NCBI GenBank assembly: GCA_963666215.2
Contig: CAXWPL010000005.1
Coordinates: forward strand, 1,546,013 to 1,610,012
Reading direction: 5' to 3'
From: Acidobacteriota bacterium
Lineage (GTDB): Bacteria; Acidobacteriota; UBA890; WLXD01
DNA: 64,000 nucleotides
Shown here: positions 62,600 to 64,000 of the stretch, one piece after another
How positions within the stretch are numbered: position 1 is the first letter of the stretch
Layout: each line of letters opens with the position of its first letter
The notes under the pieces: model-generated
The model's input: only the letters and a program-made list of their open reading frames with translations
Databases searched by the model: none
Told to the model about the DNA's origin: nothing
Position numbers and translations under genes: made by a program

Positions 62600-64000
62600 G
62601 TGAGCATGCGCGTCATGGAAGGGCTCGGAGTCTCGGGTGGCGTTGCGATCGGCCGAGCCGTTTGCGTAGAAGACGCCGGCGACGAGGTCTTGCGCTTCCA
62701 CCTCGGTAGAGCGGATATCGGGCCCGAGATTCGCCGCTTCGAGGAGGCTCGCGATGCGGCCTTCGCCGATCTTTCGAAGGCTCGCGTCAAGATGGAGCAG
62801 GCTCTCGGCGACGACATGGCCAGCATCCTGGAGGCACAGGCCCTTCTCCTCAACGACAAGGCCTTCGCTCGACGAATCGTCGATCGCATTCGCTCGCGGC
62901 AGGTCAACGCGGAATGGGCGGTCGCCCGCACTTGTAACGAGCTCGAGATCCGATTCGCCGAGATCGAGAGCGAGTATCTCCGGGAGCGGAGCGAGGATCT
63001 TCGTAACGTCAGCCGCTACCTGCTGAGGAGCCTTCAGGGCATCGGTCATCATGAGCTCTCCGAGATCGAGGGCAACGTGGTGTTGGTGGGCAAAGAGCTC
63101 GCGCCGTCTGACGCCCTGCGCTTCTCTCGCGAGAACGTCGTGGGTTTCGCGCTCGAGGTGGGTGGCCAAAGCGACCCATACAACCATCATCGCGCGCGGC
63201 CTGAACCTACCGATGGTGGTGAATCTCACCGGCATCCTTGAACTGGCCACGGACCAGGATCCGGTGATCATCGACGGGGATGAGGACAGGATCATTCTCC
63301 ACCCGACCCCAGAGGTTCTGGCCCTCTACGAGGCTAAGCTCGGTCGTCTTCAAAGTGCCGACGAGGACGTGGCTCGACAACCCGGCGTCCAGGCACGGAC
63401 AGGCGACGGAGTCGAGATCGAGCTGTTGGCGAACCTGGAGCTAGTCGACGAGATCGATGACGCGATCCGCTTCGGCTGCTGTGGCGTTGGGCTGTACCGC
63501 AGCGAGTTCTTCTTCATCGAGAAGAGTCCGGAGATCCCGACCGAGGAAGAGCACTTCGCTCTGTTCTCAGCGCTCCTCGAGGGACTTCATCCTCGCCCGG
63601 TCACCGTGCGCACCTTCGACCTTGGCGGTCGGCAGCTCGCGCGTGAGCTCTTCCCGGGCGAAGAGGAGAATCCCGTTCTGGGCCTGCGGGGTATCCGCCT
63701 TACCCGACTCCATCCCGAGATCATGAGGTCCCAGCTCCGAGCCCTGTACAGAGCCGCAGTCAAAGGTGACCTGCGGATCATGATTCCGCTGGTGAGCACG
63801 CTGGAGGAGGTACGATTCTTCAAGGCTCTCTGCACTGAGATCGTCGCAGAGCTCGCGGCCGAGGGGCTGGCGCACGACCCAGACGTTCGGCTCGGTGCCA
63901 TGATCGAGGTACCTGGAGCGGCCCTACTGGCCGACCACTTCGCTCGCGAAGTCGACTTCCTTTCAATCGGGACCAACGATCTGATTCAGTACTCACTTGC
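62600..64000 (+). pseudogene. ptsI: PTS enzyme I duplicate, +1 frameshift, runs off the window
   Basis: GGTGGCCAAAGCG here versus GGTGGCAAAGCG in copy 1. Confidence 0.8.

Larger units (their letters stand above)
60757..64000 (+). repeat. Second copy of 52959-56201
   Basis: Sequence matches at offset 7798, then 7799 after an extra C near 63166. Confidence 0.97.

Overview
GC-rich bacterial window, inferred from gene order and content to be Acidobacteriota-like (not verified). Positions 1 to about 41 kb are a decayed accessory patchwork: IS5/IS903-type, IS6 and IS110/IS1111 elements, a MITE, a CTAG-bounded REP-like repeat family, vapBC, an Fe3+-type ABC transporter, sulfatases and many truncated genes. 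From about 41 kb lies a core block (carD, priA, accA, recJ, lptC/A, lptB, rpoN, ptsN, hprK, rapZ, PTS genes, miaB, parAB). From 60757 the sequence repeats 52959 onward, cutting parB (real tandem duplication or assembly artefact). Best signals: (1) an IS1111-type element inserted in a repeat module, whose downstream non-coding region carries two guide-like segments that together match 21 contiguous bp of an empty repeat site (bridge/seekRNA); (2) a PrdB/GrdB-like selenoprotein split at an in-frame UGA (UxxC, SECIS-like hairpin); (3) a desaturase-GH3-enolase operon with a sigma54 -24/-12 motif, an adjacent enhancer-binding protein and a divergent CmcJ/NvfI-like oxygenase; (4) a 160-bp MITE inserted in frame in a lipoprotein signal peptide.
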